A model generated the notes under the pieces. That model saw nothing but the letters and a program-made list of their open reading frames with translations, made no database searches and was not told where the DNA came from. Source: a virus. From it: DNA of 64,000 nt. The stretch lies in the IMG/VR virus record IMGVR_UViG_3300047157_000174, positions 1-64,000 of that record; one strand, given 5' to 3'. Below, piece after piece: positions 8,934 to 18,591 of this stretch; the stretch's first letter is position 1; each line of letters begins with the position of its first letter. A program made the translations under genes and the position numbers.

Positions 8934-9146
8934 ATGAAAGAATATGAAATAATAAATGAAACAGTAATTAAAGGAAGTAGTTATTGGTTTAATGTAAGTA
9001 AGGTTGACTTTACTACTAGAAAACTAAATGACATTACAGGACAATATTGGGTTAAGTTCCATTTCTCTTCCGGTAAAGAAATAAGAATAATAGTAGAAGA
9101 AGAAGATTTAGATGAACTAGTAAATATCTTTGATTATCTATTATAA
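8934..9146 (+). CDS. Hypothetical protein
   Basis: AGGAG RBS and ORF. Confidence 0.6.
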   Translation: MKEYEIINETVIKGSSYWFNVSKVDFTTRKLNDITGQYWVKFHFSSGKEIRIIVEEEDLDELVNIFDYLL

Positions 9147-9151
9147 TATAA

Positions 9152-10003
9152 ATGGTGATAAGAATGACAATGAGTTATGAAGAAAGAAAGAAAATAATAA
9201 TGCAACAAATACAAGACAGAATGAAGAGAGAAAAAGAGTTCCTTCTATTAGGAATTACAGGTAATCCTAAAGTTGGTAAATCCGGTTTAGCAATGGATTG
9301 TAGAACAGAAGAAGAAATTAAGAAAGGTATGACAGTAGAAATACTAGACCTAGATGACGGTTCTACTGCTACTTGGGATTCTGCATGGGATAGAGATGAG
9401 AACATAAGAGTGTTCGTACCTAATGTTTGGAATGAAGATGGTTCAATGAATTGGGATGAAACATTCCACAACTGTTCTACTTGGATTAAAATGTTAGAAG
9501 AACAAATTAAAGAAGGAAACGTAAAGGCTGTAATTTTAGATGGTGTAGATAAAATCTACGAAGGTTCTAGTGATGTACTTCGTAAATCGTTAGTAAAAAA
9601 TGCAGCAAGAAGCGGCTCTGTAATACAGGATTCAGATACAGTAAGAGTAAGTCCGTTGGATTGGAAAGTTAGAAATAAGATTTATGATAGAATCATTAAT
9701 CCTTTTGTAGCATTAAGAACTAATAGGTTTCTTATTACACACATGAAGCCCGTCTACGAAGGCATCGGTGCGCCCGTAGCAGTAGGTGAAGTACCCGATT
9801 GGTACAAAACAACCCCTCACAAACTACTACAAATAGTAAATATAAAAGAGCAAAAGTTAGGAAAGAAAACTACCTACATGGCAACCTTAGTTGCAAGTAA
9901 AACTAATTCCAAATTAGTAGGTAAGAAATGGCCTGTCTTCGTGTTAGAAGAAACAGGAAATCAATGGAATGGAATATCTGAATTAAAAACAGGTGAATTA
10001 TAA
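9152..10003 (+). CDS. RecA-superfamily ATPase (RadA/Sak4-like)
   Basis: Walker A GNPKVGKS, ILDLDDG, Walker B VILDGVD, LITH. Confidence 0.75.
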   Translation: MVIRMTMSYEERKKIIMQQIQDRMKREKEFLLLGITGNPKVGKSGLAMDCRTEEEIKKGMTVEILDLDDGSTATWDSAWDRDENIRVFVPNVWNEDGSMNWDETFHNCSTWIKMLEEQIKEGNVKAVILDGVDKIYEGSSDVLRKSLVKNAARSGSVIQDSDTVRVSPLDWKVRNKIYDRIINPFVALRTNRFLITHMKPVYEGIGAPVAVGEVPDWYKTTPHKLLQIVNIKEQKLGKKTTYMATLVASKTNSKLVGKKWPVFVLEETGNQWNGISELKTGEL

Positions 10004-10018
10004 TGGAGATAAATAGAA

Positions 10019-10789
10019 ATGAAAATAATAATAGAAGCAAAGGAATTGAGTGAATTAATAGAAAGCGTAGCATTAAAAGGAAGATATTTTGATGGTGGGG
10101 AATCTAAAAATGGTATGTTATCAGCACACGCATATTTAGTAGTCAGTGAAAATAGATTACAAATATGGAATGCTGATAACACCACCATTTGTGGATTGAA
10201 CCATGACTTAGCAGAAGCAACTCATGTCTCTGTTGAGAATGGTTCAGCAGTAGTTGACATTAAAAAGACTGTAAAATACTTGAAAGGTTTTACAGGTGTC
10301 GTAACTGTGGAGGCAAATGACTTCTTATTTGTTAGTAGTGAATCATCAAATGCTACCCTACCTTTAGTGGTTGAACATAGTCATCAACCTATGATTGATA
10401 TGTTAGTAGAGTTCGAGAAAACAGTAAGGGATGTTAATGTAACGTTCCCTACATTTAGAAGGACTACCTTTGAAACTAAACTTCATGTTTCTTCTCACGC
10501 ATTATCAGAAGCAACAAAGGGATGTGATGTAATCAATACTGCTAGATACAAGTTCGACTACAATGATAACACATTTACAATGTCGTCTATCAAAACTGAT
10601 TTAGATAAGTATGAAACTACAATACAACCAATGACTAGAGATGGTGAATCTTCAACAGTAGAGTTTACAGGTTTCTTTCATGGATTCTTTAAGACAGTAG
10701 TTAATATTTATCTCAAGGATGATTCGCCTATTCTGTTCGTGTCACCAACTAGAATACTATTGAAAGCGCCCTACATGGATAGGAGTTAA
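10019..10789 (+). CDS. pcn: PCNA-like sliding clamp
   Basis: 256 aa with a two-domain pattern, MKIIIEAKEL start and C-terminal SPILF...LLKAP; directly upstream of PolB. Confidence 0.7.
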   Translation: MKIIIEAKELSELIESVALKGRYFDGGESKNGMLSAHAYLVVSENRLQIWNADNTTICGLNHDLAEATHVSVENGSAVVDIKKTVKYLKGFTGVVTVEANDFLFVSSESSNATLPLVVEHSHQPMIDMLVEFEKTVRDVNVTFPTFRRTTFETKLHVSSHALSEATKGCDVINTARYKFDYNDNTFTMSSIKTDLDKYETTIQPMTRDGESSTVEFTGFFHGFFKTVVNIYLKDDSPILFVSPTRILLKAPYMDRS

Positions 10790-10793
10790 GAGT

Positions 10794-12494
10794 ATGATAA
10801 TCAATGAAATTAAAAATGGTATAGGATTAGTTTGGAGAGATGAAAATAATAACAGACTACAAGAAACTGTTTCTTTGAAAGACTACAAACATTACTTTTT
10901 CATTAAGTCTACCTCGACTAGACACACTAATTTGTTAGTTAAAGACAACAATACAAGAGGTAAGTTTCAAGTGGACTTGACTTACGAATTAGGAGATTGG
11001 GTATCTCTCGAAGGCGAATCTTTGGTGAAGGTTTCTTGGGGTACTAAATCTCCTAGTCTTAGATATCAGATTAGAGAGAAATTAGAAGAGTTAGGTGTCG
11101 ATACTTATGAAGCAGACATACCACATCATTATCGCTATGCTGTGGATGAGTTAAGTTCTATTCCCGAATATAAAATGCGTAAGTGTTTTTGGGATATGGA
11201 GTGGATGCAAGGCGGAGAACATGATGGTAAGATTACCTGTATAGTAATATACGATAGTTACGATGATGAGTATAGTGTATTCGCTTGGTTTCCTAACTTA
11301 GAACAGAAACTTAGTATGGAGTTCCTTTACAAATTAAGAAGGAATTATAACTTAAAAATATTCAAGTCAGAAGAATCTATGCTTGACAACTTCTTAACAT
11401 ATTTTATTCAGAAGAGACCGGATATGTTAATCTCATGGTTCGGATGGAAATTCGACTTACCTAAACTAATAGAGAGAAATAGTGCTTACAATATTGATTC
11501 AAGAATGTTATCTCCTTTTAATGAAGTAAGAGGGGTTTCTTGGAAGGATAACAAAGTTAAGATATATCCTAAACAAGTAAACGGGTCTTCTCCTATAACA
11601 CAACCAATTAAGGGAGTGATTACAGTAGCATTAGATTTAGTTTTTGAAAGACAGTGGAATGATTCACAAAGAGGAACATTACCTTCTATGGCTTTAGATT
11701 ATATTTCTGAATCTGTTTTAGGCGATAAGAAATTAGTTAGTGAAAAGTTTCCTGATAAAAATGAGTTCTTTGCTAGAGGTTGGTTAGAAGATACTGAAAC
11801 ATATCTAGAGTATGCAATAAAGGATGTTGAGTTAATAAAAAGAATAGATGATGAAAACCATTGTATTGATTCAGTTTTAGCATTACAGAAATTACTTATT
11901 GCTCCTTTTGATGCTTGCTTCTATGCAAGTAATATGGGTGGAATATATTTTATGCGTAACGCTAATTGGAAAGCACCAACAGGAAAGAAAGGTGAGAAGG
12001 TTAACTACGATGGAGCAATGATATACAATCCATTAACAGAAGGCACGAATGGAAGATATGATAACGTAGCCGCGTTTGATTTCGCTTCTCTATATCCTTC
12101 AATGATTATTTCACGGAATATATCATGGGAGTCTAAATCTAAAAGTCCTACTGAGTTTGCAGTTAATCTAGCAATACCTAGAGATTTTAGTGAAGTTAAA
12201 GAAGAGAGGATGTTGTATTACAATACAGATAAGTTAGGATTATTACCTAAGTCTCTTATTGAACTTAAAGCATTAAGAAACCAATATAAAAAGAATATGA
12301 AAGAATCAACAACTAAAGATGATAAGATTAAGTGGAATAATAATCAAATGGCTGTCAAGAGATTGATGGCTTCATTTTATGGTATTACAGCCTATCAAGG
12401 ATTTGGTTGGGCTGATATAGACCTAGCCGCTAGTATTACTGCTAGTGCTAGAGAGGCTATTAGATTAGCCGCATTTAAAGCGAGGGAATTATAA
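10794..12494 (+). CDS. polB: Family B DNA polymerase, N-terminal part (3'-5' exonuclease, motifs A and B)
   Basis: ExoI WDMEW, ExoII FDLP, ExoIII YAIKD, motif A FDFASLYPS, motif B KRLMASFYG; ends before motif C. Confidence 0.92.
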   Translation: MIINEIKNGIGLVWRDENNNRLQETVSLKDYKHYFFIKSTSTRHTNLLVKDNNTRGKFQVDLTYELGDWVSLEGESLVKVSWGTKSPSLRYQIREKLEELGVDTYEADIPHHYRYAVDELSSIPEYKMRKCFWDMEWMQGGEHDGKITCIVIYDSYDDEYSVFAWFPNLEQKLSMEFLYKLRRNYNLKIFKSEESMLDNFLTYFIQKRPDMLISWFGWKFDLPKLIERNSAYNIDSRMLSPFNEVRGVSWKDNKVKIYPKQVNGSSPITQPIKGVITVALDLVFERQWNDSQRGTLPSMALDYISESVLGDKKLVSEKFPDKNEFFARGWLEDTETYLEYAIKDVELIKRIDDENHCIDSVLALQKLLIAPFDACFYASNMGGIYFMRNANWKAPTGKKGEKVNYDGAMIYNPLTEGTNGRYDNVAAFDFASLYPSMIISRNISWESKSKSPTEFAVNLAIPRDFSEVKEERMLYYNTDKLGLLPKSLIELKALRNQYKKNMKESTTKDDKIKWNNNQMAVKRLMASFYGITAYQGFGWADIDLAASITASAREAIRLAAFKAREL

Positions 12495-12838
12495 TGAGTA
12501 AAAGATGGAAGAAAAGAGTTAATCAAAACAATAAAGAAACAATGAAATTATCAGAATTAATAGCATTAATGATGAGTAAATATTCTATGACCGAAGAAGA
12601 ACACAACGCAATATTAAGTTGGGAAGAGTTCAATACTAAAATAGAAAGACAACCATTAACAGAAGAACAAGCAAAACAGACATTTTCAATAGAAGCAATT
12701 GCAGGTGTAACTGCTACCTTTCATTTGTGGCTTTTAGGAAGAGTAAAAGATAGGTGGGAATCAGAAGATTGGGATTTAGATAAAGCCCCTCATGCTATAT
12801 CTGTTAATGCTAAAGTGGATTGGGGAGATGATATATGA
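12494..12838 (+). CDS. Hypothetical protein inserted between polB halves
   Basis: TAATG overlap with polB-N. Confidence 0.65.
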   Translation: MSKRWKKRVNQNNKETMKLSELIALMMSKYSMTEEEHNAILSWEEFNTKIERQPLTEEQAKQTFSIEAIAGVTATFHLWLLGRVKDRWESEDWDLDKAPHAISVNAKVDWGDDI

Positions 12839-13200
12839 CAGAATTAGTTAATTTAACCAATCACGATGTAACATTAGTAAAAACAATTGACGGTGTTCAG
12901 AAAAAGGTTGTAATAAAACCTAGCGGAATGTGGTATAGAATGAACAACCAAACACAAGATAGAGTTGATGTAATCGTTCAAGATGGGTTAACAATAGACA
13001 TATATGAAAAAGGCGATTGGTATGCTAACACTAAATGGAAAGGCAGACATTTTGGTTTACCTTCTCCAAGAAAAAATGTATATTATATTGTTAGTAGGAT
13101 TATGGCTTATCATAATTTAGATAGAAAAGATTTATTGATACCCGAATCGTCTTCTAATAAAGAAACTAAATATCTGTATAGGATGGTGTTAGATAAATGA
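12835..13200 (+). CDS. Conserved viral hypothetical protein (NLTxH...GLP...YIVS family) inserted between polB halves
   Basis: LVNLTNHDV...PSG...GLPSP...YYIVSR...DLLIP; ATGA overlaps on both sides. Confidence 0.6.
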   Translation: MTELVNLTNHDVTLVKTIDGVQKKVVIKPSGMWYRMNNQTQDRVDVIVQDGLTIDIYEKGDWYANTKWKGRHFGLPSPRKNVYYIVSRIMAYHNLDRKDLLIPESSSNKETKYLYRMVLDK

Positions 13201-14123
13201 AAGTAGTTTACGGACACACAGATTCAATTTATGTACAGTGTGATGATATAGAAAAAGCAAAGAACGTTTGTAGTGAAATTAACGACCATGTTAGGAAATC
13301 ATTTCCTAATCTATTAGGTTTAGATGAACACCCTGTTACTTTAGAGTTTGAAAAGTATTACAAATCTCTTGGAGTTGGTGCAACAAAGAATAGAAATGCA
13401 GGTTTAATAACTTGGAAGGATGGAGAATATCTTGAAGAAGACGAGTTTGTTCTTACAGGTTTTTCTGCTAAAAGAGTTGCACAAACTAAATTAGCAAAGG
13501 AAACTCAACTAAAGGTTCTGAGAATGTGGGTTGATGGTGATAGTGAAGAAACTATTACTAATTACTTACATGAGTTATTTAACAGAGTTTTATCGGGAGA
13601 CATAGAATTATCTATGCTTACCAATAGAACAAGATACCGTGAAGAGAGGTTTAAGGTAAAATGTATGGGAGATTGTAAAAAAATGAAATGGGGGAAGGTT
13701 TTCTCACTATCAGAAATAACTGAGAATATTAAAGAACATCGTAGTAATTTTTCTAGCAATAAGTGGAAGTGTTGTAACAAACCCAATCTTAGAACATTAC
13801 AAGATAAGAAACCTACAATTGGTTCGGGTATAGAAGGAGTGTTGTATTACAACTCTTTTAGCAATACTCCAATAGATGATTCTTACCTTTATCTTAAAAT
13901 TAAAAATTGTACGAATACTTACATTCATCCCTTAACTCAAGAAGATACTATTCCTTCTTGGGTTTCAGTTAAGAATGAATCAGAATTAAACAACTTTACT
14001 CCTGACTATTTACATTATGCTTATCAAGTAGTCAGTAAAGCAGAGCCTATCTACAATGCAATGGGGTGGAATATAGATAATATTACTAGAAGTAGGAATC
14101 AAAATTTGGGGGAGTGGTTTTGA
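13197..14123 (+). CDS. polB: Family B DNA polymerase, C-terminal part (motif C, thumb, Cys-rich insert, PIP-like tail)
   Basis: Starts MKVVYGHTDSIYV, then LEFEKYY, KNRNAG, CMGDC...CC insert, and ends NQNLGEWF. Confidence 0.9.
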   Translation: MKVVYGHTDSIYVQCDDIEKAKNVCSEINDHVRKSFPNLLGLDEHPVTLEFEKYYKSLGVGATKNRNAGLITWKDGEYLEEDEFVLTGFSAKRVAQTKLAKETQLKVLRMWVDGDSEETITNYLHELFNRVLSGDIELSMLTNRTRYREERFKVKCMGDCKKMKWGKVFSLSEITENIKEHRSNFSSNKWKCCNKPNLRTLQDKKPTIGSGIEGVLYYNSFSNTPIDDSYLYLKIKNCTNTYIHPLTQEDTIPSWVSVKNESELNNFTPDYLHYAYQVVSKAEPIYNAMGWNIDNITRSRNQNLGEWF

Positions 14124-14527
14124 AACTATCTTGGTCTATGCAAAGAAGATTAGAAAGATGGAAAATTAAATATGCAAAAATTATAAATTGGAGTATGTTT
14201 ATCAAAAAAGAAATAGTTAGTGATTATAATAAAATTAAGAAACTATTGGAAAGAAAAAATAAAAAGAAGGTTAAAAAAATGAAAATAGATAAAAATAAAA
14301 AAGAAACTATGTTCTTTGACTCAAAAGAATATATAGGATTAACAGTAAATAAAGGTGAAATTAAACTTATAGAAAAACCACCACAAGAAATTATTTCATT
14401 CAAAAATGATGAAATTAAAACAAAACCAACATGGTTTGAACATGATAGGAATTGTGATTGTGAAGAATGTTTAGATAGTTTAATAACTGATTTAAAGTTT
14501 AAGTTTGATACGGAGAATGATTTTTAA
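14114..14527 (+). CDS. Basic hypothetical protein with H-x3-CxCxxC motif
   Basis: HDRNCDCEEC. Confidence 0.5.
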   Translation: MVLKLSWSMQRRLERWKIKYAKIINWSMFIKKEIVSDYNKIKKLLERKNKKKVKKMKIDKNKKETMFFDSKEYIGLTVNKGEIKLIEKPPQEIISFKNDEIKTKPTWFEHDRNCDCEECLDSLITDLKFKFDTENDF

Positions 14528-15423
14528 TGAAGATACAAAATAAAGAAGGATTTGGTAGGAGTTTTACTTATCAATTTGATGCAAAGTGGAAAGAAGAAGA
14601 TATTAGTAAACCGATATTAAAGATAACGAAATCTTCGGTTGGACAGTTCGATTGGTGTCCAAAGAAATATCAGTTTAGTTATATTGAAAGAAAACCTCAA
14701 GATACAACAGAAGCAATGCACAACGGCACATTAGTACACAACGCACTTGAAGACTTTTACAATGTTTTTGATATTAAAAAGGCTGAAACTATGGATAATA
14801 AAGAAGTTACTGAATATATGTTTAGTCTATTTCCTATTGATAATATGTCTGAAATGTATGAAACCTTGTCTATTAATGAAGCGCAACGTTTTATGATTGC
14901 TAAAGAAGATAAAACATTAGAAGAGTTCTTACCTGTAATTAATGAAGTTACATTAGATGCTCAAATTACAATACATAGAGCAGACTATCCAAAGTTCCCT
15001 CTAAAGAGAGATTATGTTATTCATCTTCAAGGGATAATTGATAGAATGTTTGTTGATAAAAATGGTTATATCCCTATGGAATTAAAGACAGGTCAATGGA
15101 AAGAGTATAAAAAAACTATGATGAGAAAGGAAATGGCTTATTATAAATTATTATTTGATAATTGTCCTATTGAACAGTTAGAAGCAATCGGTCTTAACCG
15201 CGATAAATCAATAACACACTGGGGTTGGAGATACCCTGCTTCAAATCATATATATGTAGAAGAACAAAAAAAGTCTAGTCACAAAGCAGTTATGCGTAGT
15301 ATAGTAAAATTATTGAAGGCTTATGAGGATAATTCATTTCCAACAAAATACAATGCTAGAACGTGTTCCTATTGCAGTTACTTGGATATTTGTGATGGTG
15401 GAGCAGATGAGGGGTGGCTTTAA
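14527..15423 (+). CDS. Cas4-like PD-(D/E)XK exonuclease with Fe-S cysteines
   Basis: WCPKKY...HNGT.VH...GIIDR...ELKTG...CSYCSYLDIC. Confidence 0.85.
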   Translation: MKIQNKEGFGRSFTYQFDAKWKEEDISKPILKITKSSVGQFDWCPKKYQFSYIERKPQDTTEAMHNGTLVHNALEDFYNVFDIKKAETMDNKEVTEYMFSLFPIDNMSEMYETLSINEAQRFMIAKEDKTLEEFLPVINEVTLDAQITIHRADYPKFPLKRDYVIHLQGIIDRMFVDKNGYIPMELKTGQWKEYKKTMMRKEMAYYKLLFDNCPIEQLEAIGLNRDKSITHWGWRYPASNHIYVEEQKKSSHKAVMRSIVKLLKAYEDNSFPTKYNARTCSYCSYLDICDGGADEGWL

Positions 15424-15653
15424 TGGTTGAAATTATTATTTGGTCTGCTACATGGTGTATGCCATGTAAAGGTCTTAAGGCTTGGACGGATGTACATTTT
15501 CCCTTTGTAGTTTACAAAGATATAGAAAAAGACGTAGCCCCATTCGAGATTAAATCTGTACCTACTTTACAAGTAGGACAGGAATTTGTAGCGAATGTTT
15601 CAACAATAAAACAATATTTATCTAAAAGGGGGAATCAAATTAATGGAAGTTAA
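15423..15653 (+). CDS. Thioredoxin/glutaredoxin-like protein
   Basis: WCMPCK and the SVPTL cis-Pro motif. Confidence 0.8.
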   Translation: MVEIIIWSATWCMPCKGLKAWTDVHFPFVVYKDIEKDVAPFEIKSVPTLQVGQEFVANVSTIKQYLSKRGNQINGS

Positions 15654-15915
15654 ATGGATTTATCATAATGGTATTAGAGTTCTAGCACTAGTAGTCAATG
15701 ATAACGACCCATATGAATTTTGTGAAAATTGTGGTAAGAAACATTATTCTCATCCTAAATTAGCAATCAAGGAATACAAAGATTGGTGCGGGGATTGTAA
15801 TGATGAATATTTTAAAAAACATATGTCTGATGCAGAATTAGGAATGTGGACTATATACCAAATGGAAAGAAATAGAGCAGTAGTAGTAGTAAAAGAGTTT
15901 GATGAAAATGAGTGA
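15643..15915 (+). CDS. Zn-finger protein
   Basis: CENC...CGDC. Confidence 0.55.
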   Translation: MEVKWIYHNGIRVLALVVNDNDPYEFCENCGKKHYSHPKLAIKEYKDWCGDCNDEYFKKHMSDAELGMWTIYQMERNRAVVVVKEFDENE

Positions 15916-16093
15916 AATAGAAGATATAGTAATTAAAAAAATAGAAGCAAGAGCAGAAATTGGAGAACGTAAGTATAATACCACAATGGAAAGAGTTGAT
16001 TTGACAAAAAAAGCATGGTTAATTCATGCTCAGGAAGAGGCTTTAGACCTAGCAATTTATTTACAGAAATTGATATTGTTGGAGGAAGAGTAA
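15908..16093 (+). CDS. Small all-alpha NTP-pyrophosphatase-like (MazG-like) viral protein
   Basis: RAEIGERKYNTT...WLIHAQEEALDLAIYL (EExxD). Confidence 0.55.
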   Translation: MSEIEDIVIKKIEARAEIGERKYNTTMERVDLTKKAWLIHAQEEALDLAIYLQKLILLEEE

Positions 16094-16226
16094 TGAAAAA
16101 TAGTTGGTCTTTAAAAATAATATATTTTATAGGTAAAGTATCTACTATATTTAAGAGGTGGAAAAAATGAAATGGAAAGAATACTTTAGAAGAAAAAAAG
16201 AATATAGAGAGAGGAATAAAAAATGA
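16093..16226 (+). CDS. Two translationally coupled basic micro-ORFs (16093-16170, 25 aa; 16167-16226, 19 aa)
   Basis: TAATG and ATGA overlaps chain them exactly between the flanking genes. Confidence 0.4.
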
Positions 16227-16567
16227 AAATGAATAAAAATGAAGTAGTATATATGTTGGGTTATTTAACTCACCGCCAAATGATAGATGCAGTAATAAAT
16301 GAAAGTGTAAGTGCAAGTAGTATGATTGATATTTGTGAACACATGAATAAACACTATTGGGGTGGATATGAAGGTTGTATTAGTTATTGTAAGTTCTTTC
16401 AAGAAGATAAAGAGTTAGCAAAACTATTTGAAGAATGGTATTTTGTCGGGGAACATTTAACAAATTTTGACCCTGATGGAACATTTTACAATGGAACGGT
16501 GGATATTCAAGATACGCATGAGAACTTTAGGAAAGAATACGAAAGAATGAAGGCGGTGTTAAAATGA
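16223..16567 (+). CDS. Hypothetical protein
   Basis: GAGAGGA RBS; coupled ORF. Confidence 0.6.
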   Translation: MKMNKNEVVYMLGYLTHRQMIDAVINESVSASSMIDICEHMNKHYWGGYEGCISYCKFFQEDKELAKLFEEWYFVGEHLTNFDPDGTFYNGTVDIQDTHENFRKEYERMKAVLK

Positions 16568-16962
16568 AAGATAAAGTTGAAAAAATATTAAATTCTAGAG
16601 AATGGACGTTTGCAGATTTAACTAATACTACTAAGTTAGTAAAAAGTTTTTCAGATGAAATATACCACGACTTAAGTTCTAAAGAAATGTTGGAATTAGT
16701 ATGGAACATTCCTGTTCCCGACCCAATTAATTTTGAAGATTTTATGAATGATTCATTTGGTAAACTGTTTCAAACACTTGTCATCGAACAGATTCAAATA
16801 GAAATGACAAGTATATTAAAAGAAAAACTACTAAGTGCTAATGTAAACTTTAGTAATAATAAAAATAAGGAGGAAGAAAACAATGATGTTTCCGAGGGAA
16901 GTTTGGGCGGGAAGCCACTTAAAGAACGCACCGCAGATGAAAAGAAAGATAGTGAAGAATAA
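16564..16962 (+). CDS. Hypothetical protein
   Basis: ATGA-coupled ORF. Confidence 0.55.
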   Translation: MKDKVEKILNSREWTFADLTNTTKLVKSFSDEIYHDLSSKEMLELVWNIPVPDPINFEDFMNDSFGKLFQTLVIEQIQIEMTSILKEKLLSANVNFSNNKNKEEENNDVSEGSLGGKPLKERTADEKKDSEE

Positions 16963-17884
16963 GAAAGAATTTATTGATTGGGTTAATATTTACAATGGAA
17001 GAATGAATTGTTATACAACAGTTTATGATTTTGAAGTTGTCAATGATAATACCAAAATAGATTCTTCGGTTGTTCTTGACAGGATGTTTCTTGATTTTGA
17101 TGCACACGGAGAGCCTTTAGAAAATGCACATAGAGATTTTATGAGTGTTGGAAAGAAACTATTGTCATTAAATATAATGTTCAATGCTTATTTTAGTGGA
17201 AAAGGTTTTCATATAATTGCACATGGGGAGCGAGTTAATGATATCAGATGCATTCAACAATATTATACCGAATTGGCTAAAGACCATCCTACTCTTGATA
17301 GAACGGGTATTCAGACTAATAGGTTAAGAAGAGTACCTAACACTTTGAATTTAAGCAGTGGTAAAGAAGGTAATCACTACTATTGTTCACCTTTAGATTT
17401 TGCTTCATTGGATGGAGTTTCTATGTATGATATATTAGTTATGGCTAAACAAAGAAATCCTATGATAACTACGGGTACTGAGAGAATCGTATTCCCTACT
17501 GTTAAACCAATTCATCTAGCAGATATTGAAATAGAGATACCAAAACCTATTGGTACATTACCAATCATACCCTGTTTACATAATGCGATTATGGTCGAGA
17601 ACCCTAGTCATTATGCTAGAGTTTACTTAGTTCAATGGTATAGAGATTTACTTACATTAGGTGAAAGAAAAGTTTCTTTAGAACAACAAAAGGAAGTAAC
17701 CGAATTGATTATGACAGAGTTGGCAACAATAGCAGGTCATCCCGAAGTATGGTTAGATTGGGATTACAATAAGACTAAGAAATATGTTAGTGGAATTGTA
17801 TCCAAGGGTTATCATGCAGCAGGTTGTGAAACTTTAATTACACAAGGATATTGTGTAGGAAAATGTTGGAGGTATCACGAATGA
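16883..17884 (+). CDS. priS: Archaeo-eukaryotic primase: catalytic domain fused to a PriL-like Cys-rich domain
   Basis: FLDFD, SGKGFH, RLRRVPNT; C-terminal PCL...GCETL...YCVGKC. Confidence 0.85.
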   Translation: MMFPREVWAGSHLKNAPQMKRKIVKNKKEFIDWVNIYNGRMNCYTTVYDFEVVNDNTKIDSSVVLDRMFLDFDAHGEPLENAHRDFMSVGKKLLSLNIMFNAYFSGKGFHIIAHGERVNDIRCIQQYYTELAKDHPTLDRTGIQTNRLRRVPNTLNLSSGKEGNHYYCSPLDFASLDGVSMYDILVMAKQRNPMITTGTERIVFPTVKPIHLADIEIEIPKPIGTLPIIPCLHNAIMVENPSHYARVYLVQWYRDLLTLGERKVSLEQQKEVTELIMTELATIAGHPEVWLDWDYNKTKKYVSGIVSKGYHAAGCETLITQGYCVGKCWRYHE

Positions 17885-18579
17885 AACTAATAATAGATAG
17901 TAGAGAAAACTCGGAACTAACAGAGAGAGTAATAGAAAAAGCCCAAAGTCTAAACGTACCATTTGAAAAACAATGGTTAGAAATTGGCGACTATGTTTTC
18001 AATGACGTTTGTTTCGAGGCCAAATCTTCTTTTGATTTCATACAATCCATTGTAAATAAAAGATTGTGGAATCAATTAGATAATATGGATAGAGCCTATG
18101 TAAATAATTTAGTTATTGTTTACGGTTCATTTGAAGATGGATTCAGAAAACATTTGGAACACATAAAAACTAGCATGAATAAAACAGCACAAAGAGTTAT
18201 TCTTAGAAAGAAGTTCTTTGGTTCAATGAGTAAAATAATATTAGATACTGATTGTAGTGTTATTTGGGTTAGAGATGCTTTAACAGCAGCAGAATTAATT
18301 GCAGTTGTTTGTAAAATGCAACCACATGATAGAGAAGTATATGTTCCTAGAATTGTGAAACAGAAAAAAATTAGCACTACTGATTTAAGAGTAGATGTAT
18401 TATCTACAATTAAAGGAGTAAGTGATAAGAAGGCTAAACTTTTGATAAAGAAGTTTGGTTCTATAATGGAAATAGGTGAGGCAACACCTTCTGAACTTTC
18501 TGAAATAGATGGTATCGGCAATGTACTAGCAAAACGCATTGTTGATACATTAAACTCAGAAGAAAAATTGCAAATATAA
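17881..18579 (+). CDS. ERCC4/XPF (Hef-like) structure-specific nuclease with HhH
   Basis: IIDSRE, GDY, FEAKS, and tandem HhH (IKGVSDKKA, IDGIGNVLA). Confidence 0.9.
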   Translation: MKLIIDSRENSELTERVIEKAQSLNVPFEKQWLEIGDYVFNDVCFEAKSSFDFIQSIVNKRLWNQLDNMDRAYVNNLVIVYGSFEDGFRKHLEHIKTSMNKTAQRVILRKKFFGSMSKIILDTDCSVIWVRDALTAAELIAVVCKMQPHDREVYVPRIVKQKKISTTDLRVDVLSTIKGVSDKKAKLLIKKFGSIMEIGEATPSELSEIDGIGNVLAKRIVDTLNSEEKLQI

Positions 18580-18591
18580 GGAGAAAGAAAA

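Noticed and set aside
12494-13200. Split intein or self-splicing intron in polB
   Set aside because: No intein terminal residues or homing endonuclease, and the gap is fully occupied by two coupled ORFs.
14527-15423. Cas4 as evidence of a CRISPR-Cas system
   Set aside because: Stand-alone Cas4-like nucleases are common in archaeal virus replication modules, and there is no cas1/cas2 or array.
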